Shown here: piece by piece, positions 38,604 to 49,225 of the stretch | Numbering within the stretch: the stretch's first letter is position 1 | How the letters are laid out: each line of letters opens with the position of its first letter | Source of the DNA: Squalus acanthias | Lineage: Eukaryota | Direction of reading: 5' to 3' | Length of the DNA stretch: 64,000 bases | Assembly: GCA_030390025.1 (NCBI GenBank) | Contig: JASTWF010000335.1 | Coordinates: forward strand, 434,001 to 498,000 | Translations under genes and position numbers: made by a program | Notes under the pieces: generated by a model | Seen by the model: the letters and a program-made list of their open reading frames with translations, nothing else | Databases searched by the model: none | Told to the model about the DNA's origin: nothing

Positions 38604-39273
38604 CTACGGAACTATAGACCAATTAGCTTCAGGCCAGTGGTAGGAAAGTTAATGGAATCATTACTCAAAGATGTAATAGAAAAACATCTAGAAGCTGAAA
38701 ATGTAATAAAGAGTAGTCAGCATGCCTTTCAATAGGAAAGGTCATGCTTGACATTCCTTATTGAATTCTTTGCAGAAGTAACAGAAAGGATAGATAAGGG
38801 TAAAGCAGTAGATGTAATATATTTGGATTTCCAAAAGGCCTTTGATAAGGTAGCGCATGGTAGACTCAGGACTAAGGGCAGAACATGTGGAGTCAGGGGA
38901 CAAGTAACAGAATGGATAGAGAGCTGGCTATAAAACTGAAAACTGGAGAGGAGGGATTAAGGGCTAGTTACTCAGCCTGGTAAAAGTTGGGAAGTGGTGT
39001 TCCACAAGGATCGGTGCTGCGACCACCGTTGTTCACCGATTACATAAATGATTTGGACTCGGGGAATCAGAAGTACAATTTCCAAATTTGCGGATGACAC
39101 CAAATTGGGGACTTTGTAGTCAATACAGAGGAGGACTGCGATGAAATACAGGGAGACATCAATAAACTTGCAGAATGGGTGTGTAACTGGCAAATGAACT
39201 TCAATATGGATCAGTGTGTGGTGGCATATTTTGGCAGGAAGAATAAGGAGGCCACATACTCCTTGGAAAATAA

Positions 39274-40002
39274 GGGCTGGATTTTGATACTGGGGCGGAT
39301 TGGGGTCGTGTTATCCACCCGACTGCAATTGGATGTGGGAGATTGATGCAATTTTCACCTAATTGGGCAATTGAGTTCCAGCATGTGGGAACCCATGAAT
39401 CAATTAATATTTTCAGTCTCAAAGATGCCTCTGATGATGTCATCATTGCTGCTGCATTGAAGGTCTTCAGAGACTGCCTGGCCTTTGCTGTGAGAGGACC
39501 TGGATGCAAAATGAGCAGCAGCAGCCCTAAGTCTGCTCCCAGATATTATAGGTCATGATGTGGAGATGCCGGCGTTGGACTGGGGTGGACAAAAATGAGA
39601 AGTGTTGTGTTGTGCGACTTCTCATTTTTGCCCAGATATTATAGAGAGAGAGAGAGAGAGAGACTCCTCATCCATCCAGATATGTCTCCCAGCCAGCCAA
39701 ATGTGCTCCCGCCAGGTTTCACAATCGTGGTTCAGAACAGGCGCGCTTCACGTACAACAAGGGTTAAAATCACAAAGGCCTTTCAAAATGGCATTATAGA
39801 GGCAATTTAGTGCTTGTTAAGGGCCTTAACAGCCTATCCCGCCTCTTACAGGCGGGACGCAGTCGGGACCAGCAGACACGATTTCATGAAAATTGCGTGG
39901 AGGCGGGATGGAGGCGGACTTGTGCCCGCCCGCCAGTTTTCGCAATTTTAACCCCCCACACGCCTCCAAACCCGCCTCCACGGGTCAATGAAAATCCAGC
40001 CC
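39274..40002. mobile_element. PIF/Harbinger-type MITE, copy 2, inverted relative to copy 1
   Basis: Same TIRs; flanks taa/aaa; body is the reverse complement of 36754-37411. Confidence 0.86.
39552..39630. mobile_element. 79-bp Penelope pLTR-end insertion with a 14-bp target duplication
   Basis: atgtggagatgccggcgttggactggggtggacaaaa matches 53607-53645; flanked by cccagatattatag at 39538-39551 and 39631-39644. Confidence 0.8.
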
Positions 40003-40308
40003 AAAGTGTCCAAATGGGTTCAGAGGAACAGAGGGATTTGGGGGTACAGATACACAATTCACTAAAAGTTGTGATGCAGGTTAATAAGGCCATAAAGAAA
40101 CAAAGCACTGGGGTTCATTTCTAAAGGGATAGAATTGAAAAGCAGAGAAGTTCTGTTAAACTTGTATCAAACCTTGGTTAGACCACACTTGGAGTACTGT
40201 GAACAGTTCTGCTCTCCATATCATAAAAAGGATATAGAGGCACTGGGGAAGAGGTAAAAAAGACATAGATGTTTCTACTTGCGGGCGAGACCAGAACCAA
40301 GGGCCATA

Positions 40309-41070
40309 AACATTGGGCCAGAAATTCCGCCCTTGCCGGGTGAGTACCCGCTGCGTATTCACCCGTAAGGCCTCCTGAAGTGCCGGTTTCCTGCATGCAC
40401 TGCGCATGCGCGGGAAACCGGAACTTCCGGTCTGGTGAAGGGAGGGGTTCAGAGGTGAACCGCGTGCGCGGTAGAGGCTGCGCGCACGCAGCAAACTTAG
40501 GTTTTTTTCAGGTTTCTCCGGGAAGGTAAGTATTGAAGAAGCTGCACTTTTAAAAAGGAGGCGCATGACCCGTTTTCAACAAGGTAAGTGGTTAATTAAT
40601 TATAATTTAAAAAAAAATTTCAACAGGTTTATCTTTTTTAGATACTTTAAAGAAAGGTAAGTTTATTTTTAGCACAGTTAAAAAGTATTTTAATTTTTTC
40701 AAAAATTTACATTTTTGTTTAAAGTAGTTAATTTATTTAACTTATAGTTATTTTAAAAATGTGATTTTTTTTTAAAATTATTTGAAGTTTAGGTGTTGTT
40801 TTGGGGCCGATTTCAATTCATAGATTTGACAGGTCTATGAATGAAAGATGGTCTGCTGCCATTGGCTCTCCATGGCCCATGTGATCCCAGGGGACACATC
40901 GCACTAACTACGCCCCTGGGATACACAAGCACTGCGCGCCGGCAGCTGCAGGAGGCCCAGGAGCTGAAGTCCCCGTGGGCCCAGAGGTCAACGGCAGGCG
41001 CGGTAGGTAGGAGCGCGCGGGACCCTTGCACCCGCGGGAAGCCAGGGAGCCGAATTTCTGGTCCAATGTT
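40309..41070. mobile_element. Non-autonomous TIR element (MITE): GC-rich arms, AT-rich core
   Basis: aacattgggccagaaattc ... gaatttctggtccaatgtt (18/19 inverted match); TSD not evident. Confidence 0.7.
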
Positions 41071-41109
41071 CCCCGTAAATTTTTTTAAGGGGCCACGCGG
41101 CCCATTCAA

Positions 41110-41740
41110 AAGTCTGTTGTAAATACTTTGTAAAGAAAGACGGTCAAAGAGACAGATTCAAAAAGAGTCCAAAACAGAGAGACAACAAAGAAAAAGAGAG
41201 AGGAAGGAGAGATAGAGAGCGCGAGAGAGCGAGAGAGAGAGAGAGGGCAACAAATGGGAAAGAAAATGGAAGGAACGAAACAGTAAGAAAAAGAGAGGTA
41301 GAAACAGAAGGAGGGAGCGGAGCAAAAATGTGAGAAGCAAAAAAAGGACAGAGAAAGATAGAAACAAAAGAACAAGAAAATGACAGAGAAAGAGAGAGAG
41401 GGAAGCAAAAGAGAAAAAGAGAAAATCCCATATCAAGTCAGAAAATGAAAGAGAGGAAGATGCGAAGAGAGAGGGATTGAATCATAAAAAGAAAGTAAAA
41501 GCTCGAGAGATAGAAGGAGAAAAGGGGGGAAGATAGAAACAAAAAAGAGGGCGAGAGATAGAAACAAAAACAAAGCAAAGAATGATGAGAGTGAAAGAGA
41601 GAGATGTGGGGGGGAAGGTAGAGAGATGTAAGTTCAGGGCTAGGGTACAGAGAGGATGTGGAGAGAGTAGGCTCAGTGAGATTGAACATTGAATGCAAGA
41701 TAGAGACAAAAGCAGAGAGAGAGCCATACATTGTGCAGTT
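41110..41740. repeat. AG-rich low-complexity tract
   Basis: Purine-rich with (GA)n runs. Confidence 0.85.
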
Positions 41741-41744
41741 AGAG

Positions 41745-43150
41745 AGTCATAGAAGCACAGAAGGAGGCCATTCGGCCCATCGAGTCCGTACTGGCTCTCT
41801 GTAGAGCAATCCGGTCAGTCCCATTCCCCCGCTCTATCCCCGTAGCCCTGCAAGTTTATTTCCCTCAAGTGCCTATCCCGTCTCCCCTTGAAAACATTGA
41901 GTGTCTCCGCTTTCACCACTTCCGTCGGCAGCGAGTTCCAGGTCCTCACCACTCGCTGCATAAAAAAGTTTTTCCTCATGTCCCCCCTGTATCTCTTGCC
42001 CAAAACCTTCAATCTGTGTCCCCTAGTCCTTGTACCATCAATTAGTGGGAACAGCCTTTCCCCGTTTAGCCTGTCCAAACCGGTCATAATCTTGCACACC
42101 TCTATCAAATCACCCCTCAACCTCCTTTGATCTAATGAAAACAAATCCAGCTTCTCCAACCTGTCCTTGTAGCTCAGATCCCCCATCGCTGGAACCATTG
42201 TGGTAAATCTCCGCTGCACCCTCTCAAGGGCCTTCATATCCTTCCTAAAGTGTGGTGACCAGAACTGGACACAATGCTCCAGTTGTGGCCTAACCAGCGC
42301 TTTATAAAGGTTCAACATAACTTCTCTACTTTTCTACTCAATACCTCTATTTATTAAGCCCAAGATCCCATATGCTTTGCTAACCACTCTCTCAATATGT
42401 CCTGCCACCTTCAGGGACCGATGCACATTAACTCCCAGGTCCCTCTGTCCCTGCACACTCTTTAAAACTGTGTAATTAACTGTATATTGCCCCTCCCTGT
42501 TCCCTCTGCCAAAATGCATCACCTCACACTTCTCTGTTTTAAATTCCACTTGTCTGTCCATTCTGCTAGCCTTTCTATGTCCTGTTGCAGTCGATTGGTA
42601 TCATCCTCACTGTTTGCCACATCCCCAAGTTTGATGTCATTGGCAAATTTAGAAATTCTACTCTGTATTCCAATATCGAGATCATTTATATATATCAAAA
42701 AAAGCAGTGGCCCCAGCACTGACTCTTGGGGAACACCACTGTCTACCATCCTCCAGTCTGAAAAACAACCATTTACCACAACTCGCTGTTTCCTGTCCTT
42801 AAGCCAATTCCTTATCCAAGCTGCCACTGACCCACCTATTCCATGAGCCTCAATTTTGTTAACCAGCCTTCTATGTGGTACTTTGTCAAACGCCTTCCGA
42901 AAATCCATGCAGACAACATCCATTGCATTCCCTTCATCAATCCTCCCTGTTACTTCATCGAAAAATTTTATTGGATTAGTCAAACACAATCTGCCTTTTA
43001 CAAATCCGTATTGGCTCTCCTTAATTAGCTTAAACCTCTCCAAGTGCCCGTTATTTTTTTCCTTGATTATTGTTTCTAAAACTTTACCCACCACTGATGT
43101 TAAACTGACCGGCCTGTAGTTACTAGGATTGTCCTTACACCCTTTATTGT
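41745..43150 (-). mobile_element. 5'-truncated CR1 LINE (same subfamily as 1537-2110)
   Basis: [45 protein letters not shown]; frameshifts. Confidence 0.95.
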
Positions 43151-43186
43151 ACAATGACAAAAGGAAACAAGTGCAGTTTTCATAGA

Positions 43187-43917
43187 ACGAGACCTGGGTG
43201 TCCTTGTGCACCAGTCGCTGAAGGTAAGCATGCAGGTGCAGCATGCGGTTAAGAAGGCAAATGGTATGTTGGCCTTCATAGCGAGAGGGTTTGAGTATAG
43301 GAACAGGGATGTCCTGCTGCATTTGTACAGGGCCTTGGTGAGACCACACCTTGAGTACTGTGTGCAGTTTTGGTCGCCTTATCTGAGGAAGGATGTTCTT
43401 GCCATGGAGGGAGTGCAGCGAAGATTCACAAGGCTGATACCTGGGATGGCAGGAATGACGTATGAGGAGAGATTGGGTCGATTGGGCTTATACTCGCTGG
43501 AGTTTAGAAGAATGAGAGGGGATCTCATTGAAACTTATAAAATTCTAACAGGACTAGACAGACTAGATGCAGGAAGGATGTTCCCGATGGCTGGGGAGTC
43601 CAGAACCAGGGGTCACAGTCTAAGGATAAGGGGTAAGCCATTTAGGACTGAGATGAGGAGGAATTTCTTCACCCAGAGAGTGGTGAACCTGTGGAATTCT
43701 CTGCCACAGAAGGCAGTTGAGGCCAATTCATTAAATATATTCAAGAAGGAGTTAGATATATTTCTTAAAGCTAAAGGGATCAAGGGATATGGGGAGAAGG
43801 CAGGGACAGGGTTCTGAATTTGGATGATCAGCCATGATCTCATTGAATGGCGGCGCAAGCTCGAGGGGCTGAATGGCCTGCTCCTGCTCCTATCTTCTAT
43901 GTTTCTATGTTTCTATG
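43187..43917 (+). mobile_element. CR1 3' fragment
   Basis: ORF 43206-43817 near-identical to the CR1 C-terminus elsewhere; (tttctatg)n tail. Confidence 0.95.
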
Positions 43918-44030
43918 AGAGACTCGTCAACCCTTGTGCGCGCCGGTAGATATCTGACAGACTCGTCAACCCTTGTGCGCGCCGGTAGATACCTGACAGA
44001 CTCGTCAACCCTTGTGAGCTTTGGCAGATA
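43918..44030. repeat. 39-bp tandem repeat, ~2.7 copies
   Basis: gactcgtcaacccttgtgcgcgccggtagatatctgaca starts at 43921, 43960 and 43999. Confidence 0.85.
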
Positions 44031-44239
44031 GCGGGGTCGCAGGTCCCTTTATCTGGTCCACTCCGCTGTGCCTCGGTCGAGCTGTGTTGGTGATGTACCG
44101 CATTGAGCAACTGCCTCGCTAACACTACGCCCACAAACCTTATCCCTGCAGATCAACAGGCTCAAGGTTTGTTTGGCCATTACACAGCTAGCGTTCTCAT
44201 CGTATTTACTCACCTTTTTCCCCAATCTATTCCATTTTT

Positions 44240-44710
44240 TACGGTAATTGGCGGAAGAACCAGAGGCCACGGGAGGAAACATTTTTTTTTTACGCAGCGA
44301 GTTCTGATCTGGAACACATGGCCTGAAAGGGCGGTGGAAGCTGATTCGATCGTAACTTTCCAAAGGGAATCGGTTCAATGCTTGAAGGGCAAACATTTAC
44401 AGGACTATGAGGAAAGAGCGGGGGGGAGTGGGACTAATTGGAGAGCTCTTTCAAAGCCGTGGAGGCTGGGTCATTAAATACATTTAAGGTGGTGAGAGGC
44501 AGATTTTTGCAAGATAAGGGAGTGAAGGGTTATGGGGAGCCGGCAGGGAAGTGGCTTTGAGCCCAAGATCAGCCGTGATTTTATTGAATGGCGGAGCAGG
44601 CTCGAGGGGCCAAGTGGCCTATTCCTGCTCCTGTTTCTTATGATATCAAGCCAGCACAGGCACGATGGGCCAAATGGCCTCCTTCTGTGCTGTCTGGTTC
44701 TATGAGTCTA
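44240..44710 (+). mobile_element. Nested CR1 3' ends: one tail (~44460-44645) inserted in another
   Basis: RTRGHGRKHFF...WN; two ggcc.a.tggcc stem-loops. Confidence 0.75.
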
Positions 44711-45074
44711 TGAATATCCCTTTATCCCCTGTTCGTCATTCCGCCCAACAAATCTAATCTTGAATGTTGACATAGTCTCTGCCTCGGTCATTAACCCTGA
44801 ATGTCAATTCCACCCCCCGACAACTCTGTGTGCAGACATTTCTCCTGCCCTGTGTTGTAAATCTCTTGCATTGAACCGTGTGTCCGCAGTTAACTCATTT
44901 CAGACTCCATAACTACCGTAAACAGTCTGCTTCTATCTACCTCGCCCCATCCTTTCATAATTTTAAATGCTTCTATCACACTGTCCCTTAATCTGCGTCG
45001 TTCCAATGCAAAAAGCCCCTCTTTTTCGACTGTGTGCTGTCTGTGTACAGGACCTGACCCTGAGACACACACAC

Positions 45075-46726
45075 AACAACAGCGACAACTTGTATTTATA
45101 CAGCGCCTTTTAACGTCGTAAAACGTCCCAATGTGCTTCACAGGAGTACTTTAAGACCAAAAAAATTTGACACCGATCCACATAAGGATAAATTAGGGGC
45201 AGGTTGACCGAAAGTTTGGTCAAAGAGGTAGGTTTTAAGAAGCGTCTTAAAGGAGGAGAGAGAGGTAGCGAGGCGGAGAGGTTCAGGGAGGGAATTCCAG
45301 AGCTTAGGGCTGAAAGGGTTAATTTGAACTCATGTTGAATTAAACCTCTCTTAGCTGTAAAGGGAATGGAAGTTATGTACGAAATAGAATAAGAACCAGA
45401 TGGATGATAAGGATTGGATGCCTAGCAGCATTCAAGGACAGAATACAATGGACATCTGTAGAGAAATACAATGGACAAGTGTGAGAATGAGATTAGACCC
45501 AGCACTCAGGCAAAACATAGAATGTGATTCCCAACAAATATTGCTTGCGTAATTGGATAATTGTTTTTAGTTTGTAGCTGACAAAGACAAGAAATATAAC
45601 GAATTAACCGGCTTAGTTTGAATTGACATAATTGTAATCATGTGATATTTTGTAACAATGTGATTGGATAATTCTTAAATAAAAGGTTGTAATTGACAAC
45701 GGTAGGTCGAGAAGCCGTGGTCACAAGGCCGGGTAAGGTCTATGACGCTTCTCCCAGAGATCTCTGAATATTAAATGAGCTGTTTGCTTTTACCTATCAA
45801 CACTGACTGGAGTGAATTGATTTCTCCCTAACAGGGCCTAGGCAACAGAAGGAGCTGACACTGAGACACACGCAACAACTACTTGTATTTATATAGCGCC
45901 TTTAACAGAGTAAAGCATCCCAAGATGCTGCACAGGTGTATTTTAAGACAAAAACAATTTGACACCGAGCCACATAAGGATAAATTATAAACCAAAGGTT
46001 GAGCGATTATAATCAGGCATCCTCAAGAGGGCAGAATTAGAGGAGCGCAGATATCTCGGGGGGGTTGTGGGGCTGAAGGAGATTACAGAGATAGGGAGGG
46101 GCGGATTTGAAAACAAGGATGAGAATTTTGAAATCGAGTCACTGCTTAACCGGGAGACAATGTAAGTCAGCGAGCACAGGGGTGATGGGCGAACGGGACT
46201 TGGTGCGAGTTAGGACACGGGCAGCCGAGTTTTGGATGACCTCAAGTTTACGTAGGGTGGAATGTGGGAGGCCAGCCAGGAGTGCGTTGGAATAGTCAAG
46301 TCTAGAGGTAACAAAGGCATGGATGAGGGTTTCAGCAGCGGATGAGCTGAGGCAGGGGCGGAGACGGGCGATGTTACAGAGGTGGAAATAGGCGGTCTTT
46401 GTTATGCTGCAGATATGTGGTCGGAAGCTCATTTCAGGGTCAAATATGACACCAAGGTTGCGAACAGTGTGGTTCAGCCTCAGACAGATGTTAGGGAGAG
46501 GGATGGAGTCAGTGGCTAGGGAACGGAGTTCGTGGTGGGGACCGAAAACAATGGCTTCGGTCTTCCCAATATTTAATTGGAGAAAATTTTTGCTCATCCA
46601 GAACTGTGTGTCGGACAAGCAATCTGACAAATTAGTGACCGTGGAGGGGTCGAGAGAAGAGGTAGTGAGGTAGAGCTGGGTGTCGTCAGCGTACATGTGG
46701 AAACTGACGCTGTGTCTGACATGAGC
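45075..46726 (-). mobile_element. L2-clade LINE fragment, inverted paralog of 6604-7720, interrupted by a solo LTR
   Basis: FHMYADDTQLYL...LIHAFVTSRLDYSNALL in ORF 46139-47158. Confidence 0.9.
45311..45833 (+). mobile_element. Solo LTR, 523 bp (Gypsy- or ERV-like)
   Basis: TG...CA ends with imperfect IR tgaaaggg/ccctaaca; 4-bp TSD gggc (45307-10, 45834-37); empty site in the paralog at ~7490; TATA-like taaataaaa (~45676) and attaaa (~45770) suggest + orientation. Confidence 0.85.
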
Positions 46727-47218
46727 TGTACAGTACCAGACAGCAGTGAATTGTCCCCTTTTAACCGTTGTGTACTGTACATGTATAGGAGCTGACACTG
46801 AGACACACATGGGCTGTACAGTACCAGACGGGAATAAATCATTCCCTTTTACCCGCTGTGTACTGTACATGTACAGGAGCTGACACTGAGACACACACGG
46901 ACCGTACAACACCAGACGGGAGTGAATCATTCCCTTTTTCCTGCTGTGTACAGTGCATGTACAGGAGATGACACTGAGACACACAAGGACCGTACAGTAC
47001 CAGACGGGAGTGAATCGTTCCCTTTTTCCTGCTGTGTACTGTACATGTACAGGAGCTGACACTGAGACACACACGGACCGTACAGTACCAGATGGGAGTG
47101 AATCGTTCCCTTTTTCCTGCTGTGTACTGTACATGTACAGGAGCTGACACTGAGACACACAAGGACCGTACAGTACCAGACGGGAGTGAATCGTTCCCTT
47201 TTTCCCGCTGTGTACTGT
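46727..47218 (-). repeat. 88-bp minisatellite, ~5.5 copies, inverted relative to 5847-6603
   Basis: Reverse complement of the same unit. Confidence 0.95.
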
Positions 47219-47589
47219 TCCACAATGCAGGATTTTCTGAATGGATATCGCTTTTCAACCACTCAAATCTTTAGTGTTGACAAACTACATTTACCTGACA
47301 GATTCTGAGCCCCAAATTGAAACTTTAAGGTATTGAAAAGGCCACAGAAATGTGATTTGTTGTTATTTTAAAGAGTGAGACAAAATATTTTCAGGTAATT
47401 TTCAATCAAGTGCAATTCAGAAAGAGAACAGAGAGGTGGGAGGAGATAGGGAAAAGGGAGAAGGAGAGAGAGCAAGAGAGAGAGAGAGAGAAGTCGGATG
47501 AGAGTGTGAGCAGAAAAGAGAGGAGTGGGAGATGGGGAGAGAGATGAGGCAGAGGGAGAGTGAGAGAGAAACAGATGGACAGACATTGA

Positions 47590-48775
47590 AACATAGAAAC
47601 ACAGAAAAATAGAGGCAGGAGTAGGCCATTCGGCCCTTCGAGCCAGCTCCGCCATTCAATATGATCATGGCTGATCCTCTATCTCAATACCATATTCCCG
47701 CTCTCTCCCCATACTCCTTGATGCCTTTTGTGTCTAGAAATCTATCTAACTCCTTCTTAAATATATTCAGTGACTTGGCCTCCACAGTTGGCTGTGGTCG
47801 AGAATTCCACAGGTTCACCACCCTCTGAGTGAAGAAATTTCTCCTCATCTCAGTCCTAAATGTCCTACCCCGTATCCTGAGACGGTGACCCCTCGTTCTG
47901 GACCCCCCCAGCCAGGGGAAACATCCTCCCTGCATCCAGTCTGTCAAGCCCTGTCAGAATTTTATACGTTTCAATGAGATCCCCTCTCATTCTTCTAAAC
48001 TCTAGTGAATACAGGCCTAGTCCACCCAATCTCTCCTCATACGACAGTCCTGCCACCCCAGGAATCAGTCTGGTGAACCTTCGCTGCACTCCCTCTATGC
48101 CAAGTATATCCTTTCTTAGGTAAGGAGACCAAAACTGCACACAGTACTCCAGGTGTGGTCTCACCAAGGCCCTGTATAACTGTAGTAAGACATCCTTGCT
48201 CCTGTACTCAAATCCTCTTGCAATGAAGGCCAACATGCCATTTGCCTTCCTAACTGCTTGCTGCACCTGCATGTTTGCTTTCAGTGACTGGTGTACAAGG
48301 ACACCCAGGTCCCTTTGTACATCAACATTTCCCAAACTATCACCATTTAAATAATACTCTGCCTTTCTGTTTTTCCGACCGAAGTGGATAACTCCACATT
48401 TATCCACGTTATACTGCATCTGCCATGTATTTGCCCACTCACTCAACTTGTCTAAATCGCCTTGAAGCCTCTTTGCATCCTCCTCACAACTCACAGTCCC
48501 ACCTAGTTTCGTGTCGTCAGCAAACTTTGGAAATATTACATTTGGTTCCCTCATCCAAATCATTGATATATATTGTGAATAGCTGTGGCCCAAGCACAGA
48601 TCCCTGCGGTACCCCACTAGTCACCGCCTGCCACCCCGAAAAAGACCCATTTATTTCTACTCTCTGTTTCCTGTCTGTTAACCAATTTTCAATCCATGCC
48701 AGTATATTACCCCCAATCCCATGTGCTTTAATTTTGCACACTAACCTCTTACATGGGGCTTTATCAAGGCCTTCT
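47590..48775 (-). mobile_element. 5'-truncated CR1 LINE (same subfamily as 8535-9616)
   Basis: [27 protein letters not shown]; acatagaaac tail; frameshift at ~48525. Confidence 0.95.
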
Positions 48776-48859
48776 GAGAAGAGATTGAAAGAGAGAGAGC
48801 GAGAGAAACAGTGACTCTGTCTCAGCTCCTGTCCATGTACAGTACACGGTGGGCAAAAC

Positions 48860-49225
48860 TCCAGGTCTCTCTGTTGCTGCACCCCCTTTAACATTGTACC
48901 ATCCAGCTTATATTGCCTCTCCTCATTCTTCCTTCCAAAAGGCATCGCTTCACACTTCTCAGCATTAAAGTTAATCTGCCAGGAGTCTGCCCATTTCAAC
49001 AGTTTGCCTACGTCCCCCTGAACTATGTCACTATCCTACTGACTGTTCACTACATTTCCAGTTTCGTGTCATCTGCAAACTTTGAAAATGCGCCCTGGAT
49101 ACCCAAGTCCAGGTCATTAAAATAAATATATCAAAAAGTTCACCACTAATTTCTGTTTTCAGTCTCTTAGCCAATGTCATATCCACTTTGCCACTGTCCA
49201 TTTAATCCCATGGGCTTCAATTTTG
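48860..49225 (-). mobile_element. CR1 RT fragment with deletions
   Basis: KFADDTKL and [15 protein letters not shown] on the reverse strand. Confidence 0.8.

Larger units (their letters stand above)
38606..40308 (+). mobile_element. Older CR1 RT fragment interrupted by MITE copy 2
   Basis: [18 protein letters not shown], gtggtgttccacaaggatc, [17 protein letters not shown]; several stops and indels. Confidence 0.88.

Noticed and set aside
41106..41731. Hydrophobic Phe/Leu/Ser ORFs resembling membrane proteins
   Set aside because: Reverse translation of AG-rich low-complexity DNA
42519..43349. 276-aa ORF spanning two CR1 copies
   Set aside because: Antisense of one CR1 joined to sense of another across a head-to-head junction; not a gene
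46139..47158. 339-aa ORF fusing 88-bp repeats to an RT-like domain
   Set aside because: Chance read-through from the minisatellite into a truncated L2 fragment; the paralogous arm is frameshifted
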